Positions 40,880-53,909 of a stretch of 64,000 nucleotides of DNA are shown piece after piece. This DNA is from Octopus vulgaris. Taxonomy: Eukaryota. The notes under the pieces were generated by a model, which was not told the DNA's origin, did not search any database, and saw only the letters and a list, made by a program, of their open reading frames with translations. The translations under genes and the position numbers were made by a program. The stretch lies in NCBI GenBank assembly GCA_951406725.2, contig OX597815.1, forward strand, positions 112,468,001 through 112,532,000. Direction: 5' to 3'. The first letter of the stretch is position 1, and the number at the start of each line of letters is the position of its first letter.

Positions 40880-41050
40880 TAAGTTGAAGCATTAAGTCAG
40901 TCCGAATGGAATCAAAATAAGCAACAGGATATCAAGTAGAGATGCAGTACGACCGTTTCAAGCGGTCGCATTGTTAAAGTTCTGTTTATTTATTTGCGCA
41001 GCTAAAGAAGGCATTGCATCACTACTTGATATCATGTTATTTATTTTGAT
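40880..41050. repeat. Fold-back module between (TA)n tracts (35-bp arms 40911-40945 / 41016-41050)
   Basis: 31/35 complementary, with an inner cgaccg/cggtcg hairpin; homologous to 25826-25945. Confidence 0.8.
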
Positions 41051-41109
<59 letters not shown>

Positions 41110-42347
41110 GATTGTATGTTTGTATGTATGTATATAACTGTCATAGAACTCGAGGAGAGACAGGCAAAGAGGTCCATATCCAAGAGTGAATGATACTATT
41201 GGAAAAGTGATATTCCGTTGGCTAAGTATTTAAACAGTTAACACAAATGAGTGAAATATTATTTTGGTTTTTGAAATGCTCTTAAATTAGTTTAAGCGAG
41301 AATTAAATCTTAAAACAATTATTTCGAAGGCAAAATAAAAAAAATCTATGAGATCTAATTAGTTTGAAATATATTTAAATTTAAATTTCATCACCATAAA
41401 TTGACAAATCAAGATTGTATCTTTTCTTCATATCCTCATTTAAATTTTAATCGATTTAAATTTAGAACTTATTTTGCTTTCTTTCTTTGAAAAAAAAGGA
41501 AAAAAAATCGCCATTAACGATAAGGAATTTTCATTTCGGTACGGATACAAATACAACTAGGAAAAATATGTGACTTATCAAGTAAAGTATATTCGTTTGA
41601 ATCAAATTAATTGCAAAATAGTTTCAATGCAACTATTTGTAGAATAGGTGGTATGTTTGAATGAAACTATATGTAAAATAGACGGTAGTGATATATTTTA
41701 AAGTAACCCTAGCATGTGTAGATAAACATAGTAAATATATCAATTAATAGCGAGCAATGATATAAAAATAATGATGAACGATAACAGAATTGAAGAGATT
41801 AAAATAAAATAAAAATATCTACATTATATCTATTAGAATTTATCTCAGTCGTTAATGCAATATATTCTTCTTTAAAGTTGTAAATAGATTCCAAATAATG
41901 GACCAGCTGACGTACGATATATACGTCATGTAAAACGTCGTTTAGTTATTGTCAGTGCTGTTTACTACGACCATTGTAACCATATAAGAAATGTATAGGG
42001 CAGGTGTGCTATTTATCCTGTTATTCCCACACCCTTATAGACACACACAAGTTGAAAAAAGTTACAGAAATATTATACGCACGCACGCAAGTATTTACAA
42101 TAGATATTTCTTATCTGTTATTTTTCATTTGTTTCAGTAACTGGACCGTAGAATTACTGGGACACTGCTTTGAAATGTTTAAACGAGCAAATCTATCCCA
42201 GAACACATTTTAAAATCTGATATTTATTATACTTATTCCGTCGGTCGCTTTTACCGAATCCAGGGAGTTATGAGGATTTAAAGAAACCACAACTGATTGT
42301 CCAACGATAGGGGCGCATACGTAAACACAAGGACACACACGTACATA

Positions 42348-42692
42348 TGACTTGTGGTCATAGGATCGCCGTTTGGATTCCCAGACCGGGCATTGTGAGT
42401 GTTTATTGAGCGAAAAAAAAACTAAAGTTCCACAAGGCTCCTGTGGTTGCGAACCCTGCTGTATTCTTTCACCACAACTTTCTCTCACTCTTTATTCCTG
42501 TTTCTGTTGTACCTGTATTTCAAAGGGCCAGCCTTGTCACCCTCTGTTTCACGCTGAATCTCGCTGAGGATTACATTGAGGGTACACGTATCTGTGGAGT
42601 GCTCAGCCACTTGCACTTTAATTTCATGAGCAGGTTGTTACGTTGATCGGATTAACTCTAACCGTCGTCGTCGCAACCGACGAAGTGCCAGA
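42348..42692 (+). mobile_element. tRNA-derived SINE (Ceph-like body), 5'-truncated
   Basis: ggattcccagaccgggcattgtgagtgtttattg...ctaaagttccacaaggctcc shared with 56745-57055; different tail. Confidence 0.8.
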
Positions 42693-42698
42693 GAAAAA

Positions 42699-42744
<46 letters not shown>

Positions 42745-42748
<4 letters not shown>

Positions 42749-42890
42749 AGCGTATACTCACTCGCCGTCTACCAAATTCACTCAAAAGGCGTAGTTCGAC
42801 CCAGGGCTACAGTAGAAGACATATGCGTAAGGTTCAATAAGTTGGAACTGAATCCGAAACCCTGATTATGCAAACAGCGAGCTTCTTAAA
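42745..42890 (-). mobile_element. Decayed copy of the 3272 SINE family (another head fragment at ~43368-43445)
   Basis: ccgtctaccaaattcactca...ctacagtagaagaca...ggaactgaa is the reverse complement of the family head. Confidence 0.7.
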
Positions 42891-42961
42891 TATGTGGCCT
42901 TGTGTATATATCTATTGGAAGCATATATGTGTGTATGTGTTACGTTTGTGTCTTTGTTTCT

Positions 42962-43001
<40 letters not shown>

Positions 43002-43458
43002 AAAGTAGACATCAAAATGGTATGTCTAAGGGGGAAAAGGCATCATAAAAACCCTCTGCATACTAAAGAGAAAAACGATTGTCTATCACTTGTAATGTAC
43101 TGAATTGAAAAATTTCGATGATGTAAGCAATAGGTTGAGGAAAACTCTCTGTAGGTAACGTTCTTTTGTTGGTGGAAAGTAATAGCATCGAACAAGTAAG
43201 GGAACACCATCAAGAAATGTTGAACATAATTTTGCACATTATATGAACAGCATGTTTTGGAGTAGATTTGAATTCTATGTGTACGAGAATGACTGTGTGT
43301 GGGATTTGTTTCGGTGACAATTTCCATAATCGAAATTAACTCAAAGAGATTGTTCAGAGGGTGGCTTTAGTACAAGACAACTGCTCAAGTTACCGCGCTG
43401 TGGAACTGAACCCGAAACTACGTGGTTGCGAAGTGAACTTTTTATGTACGTACGCACG

Positions 43459-43487
<29 letters not shown>

Positions 43488-43491
<4 letters not shown>

Positions 43492-43660
43492 AGCGTATAC
43501 TCACTCGCCGTCTACCAAATTCACTCAAAGGGTGTTTCCTTACTTGTTCGTTGCTATTACTTCCCACCAACAAAAGAAGGTTACCTACAGAGTGTTTTTA
43601 TGATGCCTTTTCCCCCTTAGACATACCATTTCGATGTCTACTTTAAACACACACGCACAC
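43488..43660. repeat. Templated mosaic: direct copy of 42745-42786 plus inverted copies of 43147-43208 and ~42986-43052
   Basis: The 42-bp direct copy is identical; the inverted segments have a few substitutions each. Confidence 0.9.
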
Positions 43661-43942
43661 GTACAAAACAATCAGTTTTGTAATTTAAAGTCAGCCCTGC
43701 ATTGAAGATAATCTGTATTTTCTCTTAGCTGATTTGGTTCACTAAAATTCTTTCACTCACCGCTTAAAGAAATTGGCTGTCAGCTAGGATAAAAAACGGT
43801 AAACATAGATGGCTGCCTGAAGCACAAATCTTGTATAACGTGGAGGATGATAAACATTCAATCTCATTTTGAGAGTTTTTATGAATGTTAATGTTTTTGA
43901 AAGACTTTAGGGAAAGCTTTCCTTATCATTTATGTATTTAAT

Positions 43943-44282
43943 AGCTGGCAGAATCGTAGGCACGCCGGGCGAAATGCTTAGCGGTATTTCGTCTGCCGTT
44001 ACGTTCTGAGTTCAAATTCCGCCGAGGTCGACTTTGCCTTTCATCCTTTCAGGGTCGATTAAATAAGTACCAATTACGCACTAGGGTCGATATAATCGAC
44101 TTATTCTGTTTGTTTGTACTAGTTTGGCCCCTCTGTGTTTAGCCCCTTGTGGGTAGTAAAGAAGTGGGTATTTCGTCTGCCGAGGTCGACTTTGCCTTTC
44201 ATTCTTTCGGGGTCGATTAAAGAAGTACCAGTTACGTACTGGGATCGATGTAATCGACTTAATCCCTCTGTTGGTCCTCTCT
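43943..44282 (+). mobile_element. Nin/Deu-domain SINE with a tandemly repeated 3' module
   Basis: After gggtagtaaagaag the sequence re-enters at ggtatttcgtctgccg and repeats the core. Confidence 0.88.
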
Positions 44283-45699
44283 AAATATATTTATCCGCGC
44301 TCGAATGACTAAAGAAACAGATACTTTCAATTGGGCTGGGCAAAACTTTATAGGTGCAAAGGGCGATGCACACACACCCATGCGCAAATAAACAGGCATT
44401 ACTGAGTGCTACAGCACTGGAGACGTACACATTGATCTAAACCTGCAAAAGGTAGTTGCAAAATAGTATGCAATCTATCCGGTATTGTTACGGGTTGTGC
44501 AATGATGGAATGAGCCAGAATGTCAAGTCCCTTTAACGAAGGGTATAATGCGCTGGGTGTAATGATTAATGAAACAAAGACGAAAACGGTCGTCTAATTA
44601 AAGAGGCATGTGCAACAAAAATGAAATGAAAATGTTAAACTGCATCAGGATCTTACCTTGAGAAAATGAGCTCCTGTTTGAACAATAAATATAGAACAAA
44701 GACCAATCTATTTTTGAGAGTAATAATAATTTGAGTTCTACTTTATCGTTGAGCGCCTGAACTGTTACGTTCTCAAATTCTGAGAGAGATGCGACATGAA
44801 GCGTTGTAGAAAACATTTCCGTATATCATATACAAGATATCAAACTGATAAATGAGAAATAAATTCTGGTAGGACTGTCAACCACGAAACGAGACTGTTG
44901 ATTGTCAAAAGGTGAGAAATGAAGGGGTTTTATCATCTAAATCGCCCATATGACAACCTACTTCAGTGACCAAGATCTTGCTTAGTAAATCTCCTGATAA
45001 GGGAGTATATAAATACGCGAAAGTGGTGCGGTTGTCGAAATTTATATTAGGGAATTGATAGGGAGGAAATGGTGGAAAATATGAGAATGATTAGAAGGAA
45101 GGGAAAACATGAGAGGGAGAAAGTTCCGTCTACTACTCTTCTTCTAGATTCTCTAGTCTGTGTATTTTGATGATAATGATGATGATGATGATGATGATGA
45201 TGGCGGTTACAACTACATCTGTGTGTGTATGTCTGTGCGCGTGCACGTGTATGTGTGTGTGTATGTGGAAAGACTGTATAGTCAAGTATTCTTTTCATTC
45301 ATTTTCTTTTTAGGCAAATATTAATATTTTACATTTTATTGTTGTTTATTTTCTTTTATATCAGCATTAACTTTCTACAGCATTTCAACATACAGGATGT
45401 TCCCAAAAGTTGTAAAGTTGATCATGCAGTTCTTTGATATGTTGGTTTCCTTTTCCTTAACTAATTGCGTTTTTACCATGCAACGATTATCCACTCAAAT
45501 TTGTTCAACACTAACTTTCACTTTTTACAACTGTATTTGCTCCAGGATTTTATATTATCGAAGGATTCACTTTGTTTGTTAAGGTATTGTCTCGCATTTG
45601 TTGGTGCTTTGGAAAATTGTGTTATATATTTATTCTAAATACATAATTTAGGAGAAGGCGATGACGCACAGAAGACTAATAGGGCCAAATTACACACAG

Positions 45700-45730
<31 letters not shown>

Positions 45731-45767
45731 ATTACGTACATATACACATGCACATACATACATATAC

Positions 45768-45824
<57 letters not shown>

Positions 45825-46090
45825 TAAAAGGAATTCCATGCCCAAATTGTGAAGAAATATATGTAGGTCAGACGGGAAATGCACTATCAGAACGCTCACG
45901 TGTACACCGACAACAGATTAGAGACCCAGAGATCCGTCAGATACCTTTGAGTACCCACCTAGTAACATGTGGTCGGAATATATATATATTATTTCCATTC
46001 TACAAATTACACAGCCCACGTGAAATCGAGAGGAAAATCAGAGAAAAGAATTTTATTGATAAATTCGAACCCAAGCCAAATAAGCAATAA
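45825..46090 (+). mobile_element. Penelope-like element GIY-YIG endonuclease fragment
   Basis: [33 protein letters not shown]...RKIREKNFIDKFEP; starts at (TA)n. Confidence 0.85.
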
Positions 46091-46746
46091 TAATAATAAT
46101 ACTTAGAGGTACTACTTCTACTGCTATGACCATGACCACTAACAACAACAACAATACTAAATGTGATCAAGATGAAGATAGCAGGAAAATTATCTTATTT
46201 AGGGTTAAAAGTCATATTGCCACCACCATCACCACTAGCAACAATAATTAAGGTGCTGACAATGATGATGATGACAATTGAAATATATAAATCTCTGACA
46301 AAGGCTATTCACAACATTTCTAAAAATAGCCCAACAATTGCTGCCTCGGCCAGAGTTAAGATACAGGACTCTTGACATGTTCAACAAAGCGTGACGCCTA
46401 AACCAATCAGCTTAAGTAATGGACTGATGCTGCACACTTATTGGTCAGAATACAGTTTGCAAAACCTAGCAATCTGGAGCCTACACAAGTGTATTTAAGG
46501 CACAGATTTAACCATCTCGCTACAGCCAAAAATTGTGAAGCATGACTGTTACCTGAAGATTGCATAATTTAATGCATGAAAGTATTAGTTCAATAAGAAT
46601 GAACATTTAACATTCTATTATTTTATTTTATCATATTATATTATCTTATATTATATCATTATAAGATTGTAAATAAAACGTGAGAATCAGACAAGGCTGG
46701 AATTCCTTTTATTAATATATTCTTCTATACACAATCACACACACCC

Positions 46747-46787
<41 letters not shown>

Positions 46788-46804
46788 TATATTATATTAT
46801 ATTA

Positions 46805-47570
46805 GAGATAAAACCACTATTAGGCAAATCAAACAGTGAAAAGCATAAGCCAATACATAAAGTTAATTTAAAAATATAAAAGTTAAAAATAAAAAATTAT
46901 TTAAATAATTTAAACTTATAAATTTTATATATATATATATACAAATATATATATATGTATGTATGTATATTTTTATATTTATATATTATTTTATTAATTA
47001 ATTAATTAATTAATTTTTTTTTTAATATCAAAAGTATTAAAAGTTTAATAAAATATAAAGAGTAAAACACTACGATCGTTTCATGGCTGTACCAATTCGA
47101 ATAACAATAATTTAAATTCAATTAATAATTCGAGTTATGGTTACAGTCAATCTTCAGGTTAATTGAAATATTTTTAAAATAATCAGAAATATTTATACAA
47201 TATATTTAAGATATAAATAATATAATAATTTTACTTATAATAAACTCTATTATCAAACTAGAAACTTAAAACTTAACAATTATGATTATATCAAAATCGA
47301 TTATAATGTTAAATATTAATAATCTAATATAGGTAATAGTCTATATCTAATTACATAAATAGTTTTAAAATAAAAAATATCAATGAAAATATATAAATGT
47401 GTATAACTATTATAATTAAGATCTAAAATAATCTCTATAAATAAATGTATATGCACATATAATAAAGACCTAATAAATTAATTTTTCATATTTAAAGATG
47501 AAATAGCTAATTTCAAAAATACAAACACACAAACTTAAACGAACTTTATTCCCCAATATTATTATTATTA
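46805..47570 (-). mobile_element. Extremely AT-rich Penelope pLTR-like module containing a hammerhead-like motif
   Basis: Bounded by (TA)n; contains the motif at 47072-47160. Confidence 0.55.
47072..47160 (-). ncRNA. Type I hammerhead-ribozyme-like motif with extended helix II
   Basis: acCTGAAGA-ttgactgtaacca..tcgaat...attcga.ttggtacagccat-GAAA-cg-ATC-gt. Confidence 0.55.
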
Positions 47571-47615
<45 letters not shown>

Positions 47616-47616
<1 letters not shown>

Positions 47617-48839
47617 GAGGGGCGTTCAATAAGTAATGCCCCTGACCCACTTCCCATAGCAGCAGAGCAACGACACTTGGCACAGTTATTAGTCTTTTCC
47701 TACATAGGAACTACCCAGAGTTATGCATTTCTCCCATCGTTTGATACAGCTCTGAAGACCGTTTTTGTAGAAGACCCCAGCTTGGTCCTCCAACCACGAC
47801 GTGACTTCAGAAATCAAGGCTGCATCATCTGGGAAGCGCTTTCCTTTCAAAATCAACTTCTTGGCTGGGAAGAGGTGAAAATCAGAGGGTGCAAGGGGAG
47901 GAGTTCATAGCTGCACGCCTGTGCTTCTGATCTGGCGACACGCGAGTTGTGGACCGGAGCGTTGTCCTGCAGGAGGAGGATGCCTTTGCTGATCTTACCC
48001 CGCCTCTTGATTTTGATAGCTTCTCTTAATTTCCTCAAAAGTGAAGCATAATAGGCTCCTGTAATTGTGGTACCCTTTGCCAGGAAATCTGTCATCACTA
48101 CTCCGTCCTGGTCCCAGAAGACTGTGAGCATAACCTTGTCAGCGGAGGGCTGCACCCTTGCCTTCTTTGGAGGAGGTGAGTCACGGTGCTTTCACTGCAT
48201 TTACTGGGCTTTGGTTTATGGATCATAGTGATGGACCCAGGTTTTATCCTGTGTGATCAGTCTTTTGAAATATTTTGACTCATATTCTTGGCACATCTCC
48301 AAATTCATCCTCGAGCACTCGACGCGTTCTTGCTTCTGGAAAGGTGTGAGCAACCTGGAAATCCATCTGGCAGACACCTTTTACATATGCAAATGGTCAT
48401 GAATGATAGTTTCCACAGACCCGGTACTAATCTTGACCTTATGGGCTATTTGGCGAATAGTTATGCGTTGACCTTCCAAAATGGCAGCCTCAACTTGACG
48501 GACAGACGTCTCATCAACGGCAGAAGAGGGCGACCATATCTGGGAGCTGTTTCCACAGAGTTCCGACTATGTTTGAATTCACAATGCCAGCGTTTTACAA
48601 GGTCATATGATGGGGCATCATCACCATAGGTTACTTTCATTTCATCAAAAGTCTCCCGTGGTGTGCGTCCTTTCAAATACAAAATCCAGATCACTGCTCG
48701 ACACTCAACAGGCTCCATTTCACACTTGACTCAGTTCAAACACCTGTAAATCAGAAACCACATAAGTGCACATGCAAAATTTCAGCTACATCGAACAACT
48801 GCAAGGGGGTCAGGGGCATTACTTATTGAACGCCCCTCG
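47616..48839 (-). mobile_element. Mariner DNA transposon (DD34D, irritans-like), 1224 bp, inserted in (TA)n
   Basis: Perfect 33-bp TIRs cgaggggcgttcaataagtaatgcccctgaccc with TA flanks. Confidence 0.96.
47735..48718 (-). pseudogene. Mariner transposase pseudogene
   Basis: MEPVECRAVI..YGDDAPSY..VKRW..F, SARWISRLLT, TQDKTWVHHYDP, KVMLTVFWD, LQDNAPVH and LAPSDFHLFP. It has frameshifts and stops, and HPPYSPD is deleted. Confidence 0.92.
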
Positions 48840-50139
48840 TATATATATATCGGTCGGCATGTAACGTAATTGCTGCCATAAAGTAAAAGCAAACCTGAAG
48901 TTAATAATATGTATGTGTTTTAAACAGCTCTCGGGCGCCTGATGCTATTAAAGAGATTCAGTTTGGAAGCCAAACAACTGAAATTCCAATGCTGTAAAAA
49001 GCTATTTCGAAAGAAAATGTTGATAAGAGAAAACATTGAATATGAAAAAGTAAATGAACCAATGGAACAGACACAATTTTCTTTTACACTGTTTAAAATA
49101 TTCTATAAAGAGTAAAACATGGATGGTCGTTGTGCATGTCGCTCGATCTGCGGAAAATAGCAGCAGAACGTCTTTCAAATACCACTTTCTCAACTTCAAA
49201 ACTAATCGATATTGTTTTTTATTAATAATATAGTCCAATACATCTAAAAGAATAGGATGGTCACGAACGGAATATTTGCATAATCGCAGTTAGAGTCTCT
49301 GAATTGACAGATTGACTAGAAGATTACATAGAAGACCACGCGATATTCTTTCCAAGTATCTGTGCTCTACTTTCAAATCACATTAAAGCCGATTTTGACA
49401 TTCAACCTTTCAGAATCGTTAATATTAAATACCAATGCTGGGCAATGGGTTGAAAAAATTATTAGCTCATCGGAAGGGATAAATTTGTTCATGCGCTGAA
49501 TTCAAAACAGTCTTGTCATCTGACAATGGTGATACTACAGTTAAAATCGTGACTTAAATTTTTTATTAATGGAAACACAGATTGCTTGATTCCATCGGAA
49601 GATCGACAGCCACAAGAGTAGTAACATAGTTGGTAGTGCTGTAGTGTCTGTAGATTTTTTAACTTACATTTCTTGGAGAATTCATGCATTTTATTCCCAG
49701 ATTTTAGTTTCAATGATATCTCAGCGTGCACTGTTTGTAACGGAATGTTAGCGGCGATTTGACGAGGTGCAATCTATTTGAATGATGCATTTCGTTTACT
49801 TCGATCGATTTCATCCCCTCCTAATCATTTCTAAATGATAACTGTAGCATAGAATAACATCAATTTTGCTATCCTTAAATTATGTACTTTCATCTCCGCT
49901 GAGTGATCATTGGCCACACGATTGATCATTGATTACATGAAATTGACTTGTTATGTATATTGGATCCTCTTGTAATCGTCCATTTTCTCCACTTCAAGGT
50001 CTCTGAATATGATATAAATCTATCAATTTCTGTGGGCTGATTCAAAAGTGTTTGTACACTTCATTGGTTATTTACTGGCCCGTAAGCGAAAGCCATCTGT
50101 TGAAGTAATAGCGACAGAAGTATTGCTGGCTTGTTGGTT

Positions 50140-50208
50140 TGCTGTTACTGCTGTTTCTGCTTCTGCTGCTTCTAGTGTTGTTGTTGTTGTTGTTGTTGTT
50201 GTTATTGT

Positions 50209-50244
<36 letters not shown>

Positions 50245-50285
50245 CGATGACGACGACGAGGATGAGGATAATGATGATGTTGTTG
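50140..50285. repeat. Compound (GTT)n(GAT)n microsatellite
   Basis: Direct reading. Confidence 0.93.
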
Positions 50286-51099
50286 AGAAATGTCGACTGA
50301 AAAAAAGATGCATCTAAATAAATAGGCAAAATTGAAACGCTCCACATTTCGCTACTTGTTCTCCCCTTTTCATGCAGAATAATTCGCTTCTATCCTTCTA
50401 TGTATTACAGACAAAATGTAGACATAACTTTCAACTGAGTAATATCTCTTGTACAATTTTACCAATTTTTAGATCTTTTTAAAGAATTGAATGAACTTTA
50501 TCTTTAATTGTGAGGGCTCCTGTAACAGCAGGCCAAATGGGCGGGCATTTTATGCTGTCGCTGTACTTTATCAGCCAAACCTCTAAAATGAACCTGAACA
50601 CTTCGGACAGTATAGTCCTTTCTATACAAAACGACAGAGATGTCACTTAAGGGACATTTTATGATAGAGATCTCCTCAATTAATGCTCACCTGCGTCTAA
50701 ATATAAACTTATGATAGAGTAGTTTTCTATTTCATAGGTAACTCGAGTAATCGTAACTACCTCTGCTTTAAAATAGATGAAACTTCAGACCAGTAGGCAT
50801 ACCTAAATAATTTTTCAGTATATTTTATCACAATAACTAAACAAGAGCATGAGTTGGTAATGAGATTCCTAAAGACAATCACAGGTTAACAGCAATTCGG
50901 ACAGGATGAGAAAAAAACTTTGTAAATTTTATTCGAAAAGAACCGGATCTTCAATGGTATGTACATGAATTAAATACGTATACGAATCAGATGCATACCT
51001 GCACGAGCTCATCTGCGCATATATACGCACATGTAACTCTTTGCGCATATATGGGTGTACTATAAACACAATGAACACAATTTGAAAATTAGCGATACA

Positions 51100-51107
51100 A
51101 GATAGAC

Positions 51108-51174
<67 letters not shown>

Positions 51175-51195
51175 AGGAGAGAGAGAGAGAGAGAA
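51100..51195. repeat. (GATA)n(GA)n microsatellite
   Basis: Direct reading. Confidence 0.95.
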
Positions 51196-51594
51196 AAGAG
51201 TGAGGGAAAGAGGAAGACGTATGATCCAAAATTACAAAAGAATTGTAATATAAATAGCAATAATAAAATTATTACATTAAATGCTAACGAAAAGTATCTG
51301 AATTAAAAATACAACACAGAATGCTGCTCTGATAATAATAAAGAATGAATGTGTATATGCTTGTGTGTGTGTACATAAATGTATTAGCGAGTATCTAAAA
51401 TGGGAAACAAGCATTGGGTGAGACTGTGTGCATATTTGTGTTTCGGCGAGGTGTATATACATAATTTTGTTTGTTTGTTCTTTTTCTGTATCTTTTTGGC
51501 TATTCGTCAGTCACGCCCACCACTGGAATGAATTTATTTCGTTGGTGTAAAATAGTGGATGTCCTGGCTAGTAAAAATTTAGTAATGCAATGCC

Positions 51595-51970
51595 CGACAA
51601 ACAAAGACAGACAAACGGATTAAGTCGATGATATCGACCCCAGTGCGTAACTGGTACTTATTTAATCGACCCCGAAAGGATGAGAGGCAAAGTCAACCTC
51701 GGCAGAATTTGAACTGAGAACGTAAAGACAGACGAAATACCTATGTCTTTACTACCCACAAGGGGCTAAACACAGAGAGGACAAACAAGGACACACAAAC
51801 GGAATAAGTCGATGATATCGACTCCAGTGCGTAACTAGTACGTTTTTAATCGACCCCGAAAGGATGAAAGGCAAAGTCGACCTCGGCAGAATTTGAACTC
51901 AGAACGTAACGGCAGACGAAATACGGCTTTGCATTTCGCCTGGCGTGCTAACGTTTCTGCCAGCTCGCCG
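51595..51970 (-). mobile_element. Nin/Deu-domain SINE with a tandemly repeated 3' module
   Basis: Two copies of cgaccccgaaaggatga.aggcaaagtc.acctcggcagaatttgaac; the head is at 51970. Confidence 0.9.
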
Positions 51971-52689
51971 GTATACTTGGGCATATCATTACGAAGATTA
52001 TATTATTCGATGTGCCGTTAATTTATGATTTATGACTTTATTTTATGATTTATGAGCGCCTTTGCTATTATATTGAGCAGATTAAATGACCAAATTGTGA
52101 TTTCATAGCTGGCTCAACGTTTCACTTTTTAATTACAAATTACACAAGACCACGTATAAATATCAAGGATGCGGTCAGCTATATGACGATGACAATCTCC
52201 TAAGAACTTAGAACGAATAGAGATATGACTATATACTTCAACATATAATGCTCAACGCTCTATTGATTCTCGTTGATGGTAATATAGATATATATATAGG
52301 ATATTAATATTCGTTTATCAATGATATAAATATTCATATATTAATATTCATTACAGTGTGTATAGAAGACATCGGTAGATATTTTGTGTGAGTTGTATAT
52401 CATGAGTAGTATTAGAATTACTGATAATGTGATATAGATGTAAAACAAACATGAAATACATCCAAGGACACTAAGACAATCATCATGGCTGTCCCATATC
52501 TAGTTATTAAATAGCATTCAGAATGTGTCCAGTTTTATAAACAGATATGCTTCGAAACTCATGCGCACACGATAGTTTACAATGTAGAGCTAACAGTAAA
52601 CGAAATTGAGTGGTTCACTCTATTAGGTCCAATAATTTACAGGACATTAAATAACTGATCAGCAGTGTGTGTGGGTGTTTGTGTGTGTG

Positions 52690-52734
<45 letters not shown>

Positions 52735-52735
52735 G

Positions 52736-52778
<43 letters not shown>

Positions 52779-53064
52779 TCATACAACCATACATACATAG
52801 AGATAGACCAATAGATAGATACACATGTAGGTATATAGATATGTGTGTGTGTGTGATTGTATCTGCAAATCTAACAAAGTCTCCAAAATATCTACAAAGA
52901 TCAGGAGCTAGCTGCCGTGTTTTGTGATCCACAACAGATATGCAACTTATGTGGGTTTCTTTTCAAAATATTGATTAGTTTAAAAGGCCTCATCATATGC
53001 CATTATAAATCTAACGTGTAAGTACAAGAGACGGTCAAATTCTGTATAAGGACTAGACAACGAC

Positions 53065-53130
<66 letters not shown>

Positions 53131-53148
53131 TGTATATATGCATGTATT

Positions 53149-53213
<65 letters not shown>

Positions 53214-53544
53214 CTTAGTGAATAATAATTATTCCAGATTATCAAGATATTTATTATTTTACAATGTATTAATGCAAAGCAAACAGTATCAATTATAGTC
53301 TTATAAATTTGGGATTTTCCCAATAACACTACAACTACAATTTCAGGACAACCTTATTTTCTGGAGTACACATAGAAAGTTATATCCAAAATACTAATCT
53401 AATAATATAAGCATTTTAAAGTCTACTATAACGTACAATGAAATATAGCACAATAGAATTAATTATAAATTATTTAAGCATATTTAAAAAATATATACCT
53501 TACCTGTTATTAGTATGTGAGGAAAGAAGATAGTATTAATCAAC

Positions 53545-53622
53545 GCTACACGTATTTCTTCCCTGTTGGTTTATTTTACCAGGCTATATCTAATACATAA
53601 ATCCACCAGTGCGTCCTCAGGC
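53545..53622 (-). ncRNA. Hammerhead-like motif in a (TA)n-bounded pLTR-like module (53208-53700)
   Basis: gcCTGAGGA..ctggtggatttat...ataaaccaacag..GAAA-tacgt-GTA-gc. Confidence 0.5.
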
Positions 53623-53698
53623 TATTTTCTTTTTATTATCATTATTAACGGATCTAACTTAATCCTACAAATTCTAAGATATCTTCGATTAAAAATAA

Positions 53699-53734
<36 letters not shown>

Positions 53735-53842
53735 CTTCCTAATATATTTTTACAAAATTGAAAGACTTTTTAAATTATGAAATTATAAAATTTTTAAAAT
53801 TCATAAAAGTTTCATAAAATTAAACACCTAATAATACAATAG

Positions 53843-53909
<67 letters not shown>

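Noticed and set aside
45000-45040. TATA-box-like tatataaat as a core promoter
   Set aside because: Common in AT-rich DNA, with no supported downstream exon.
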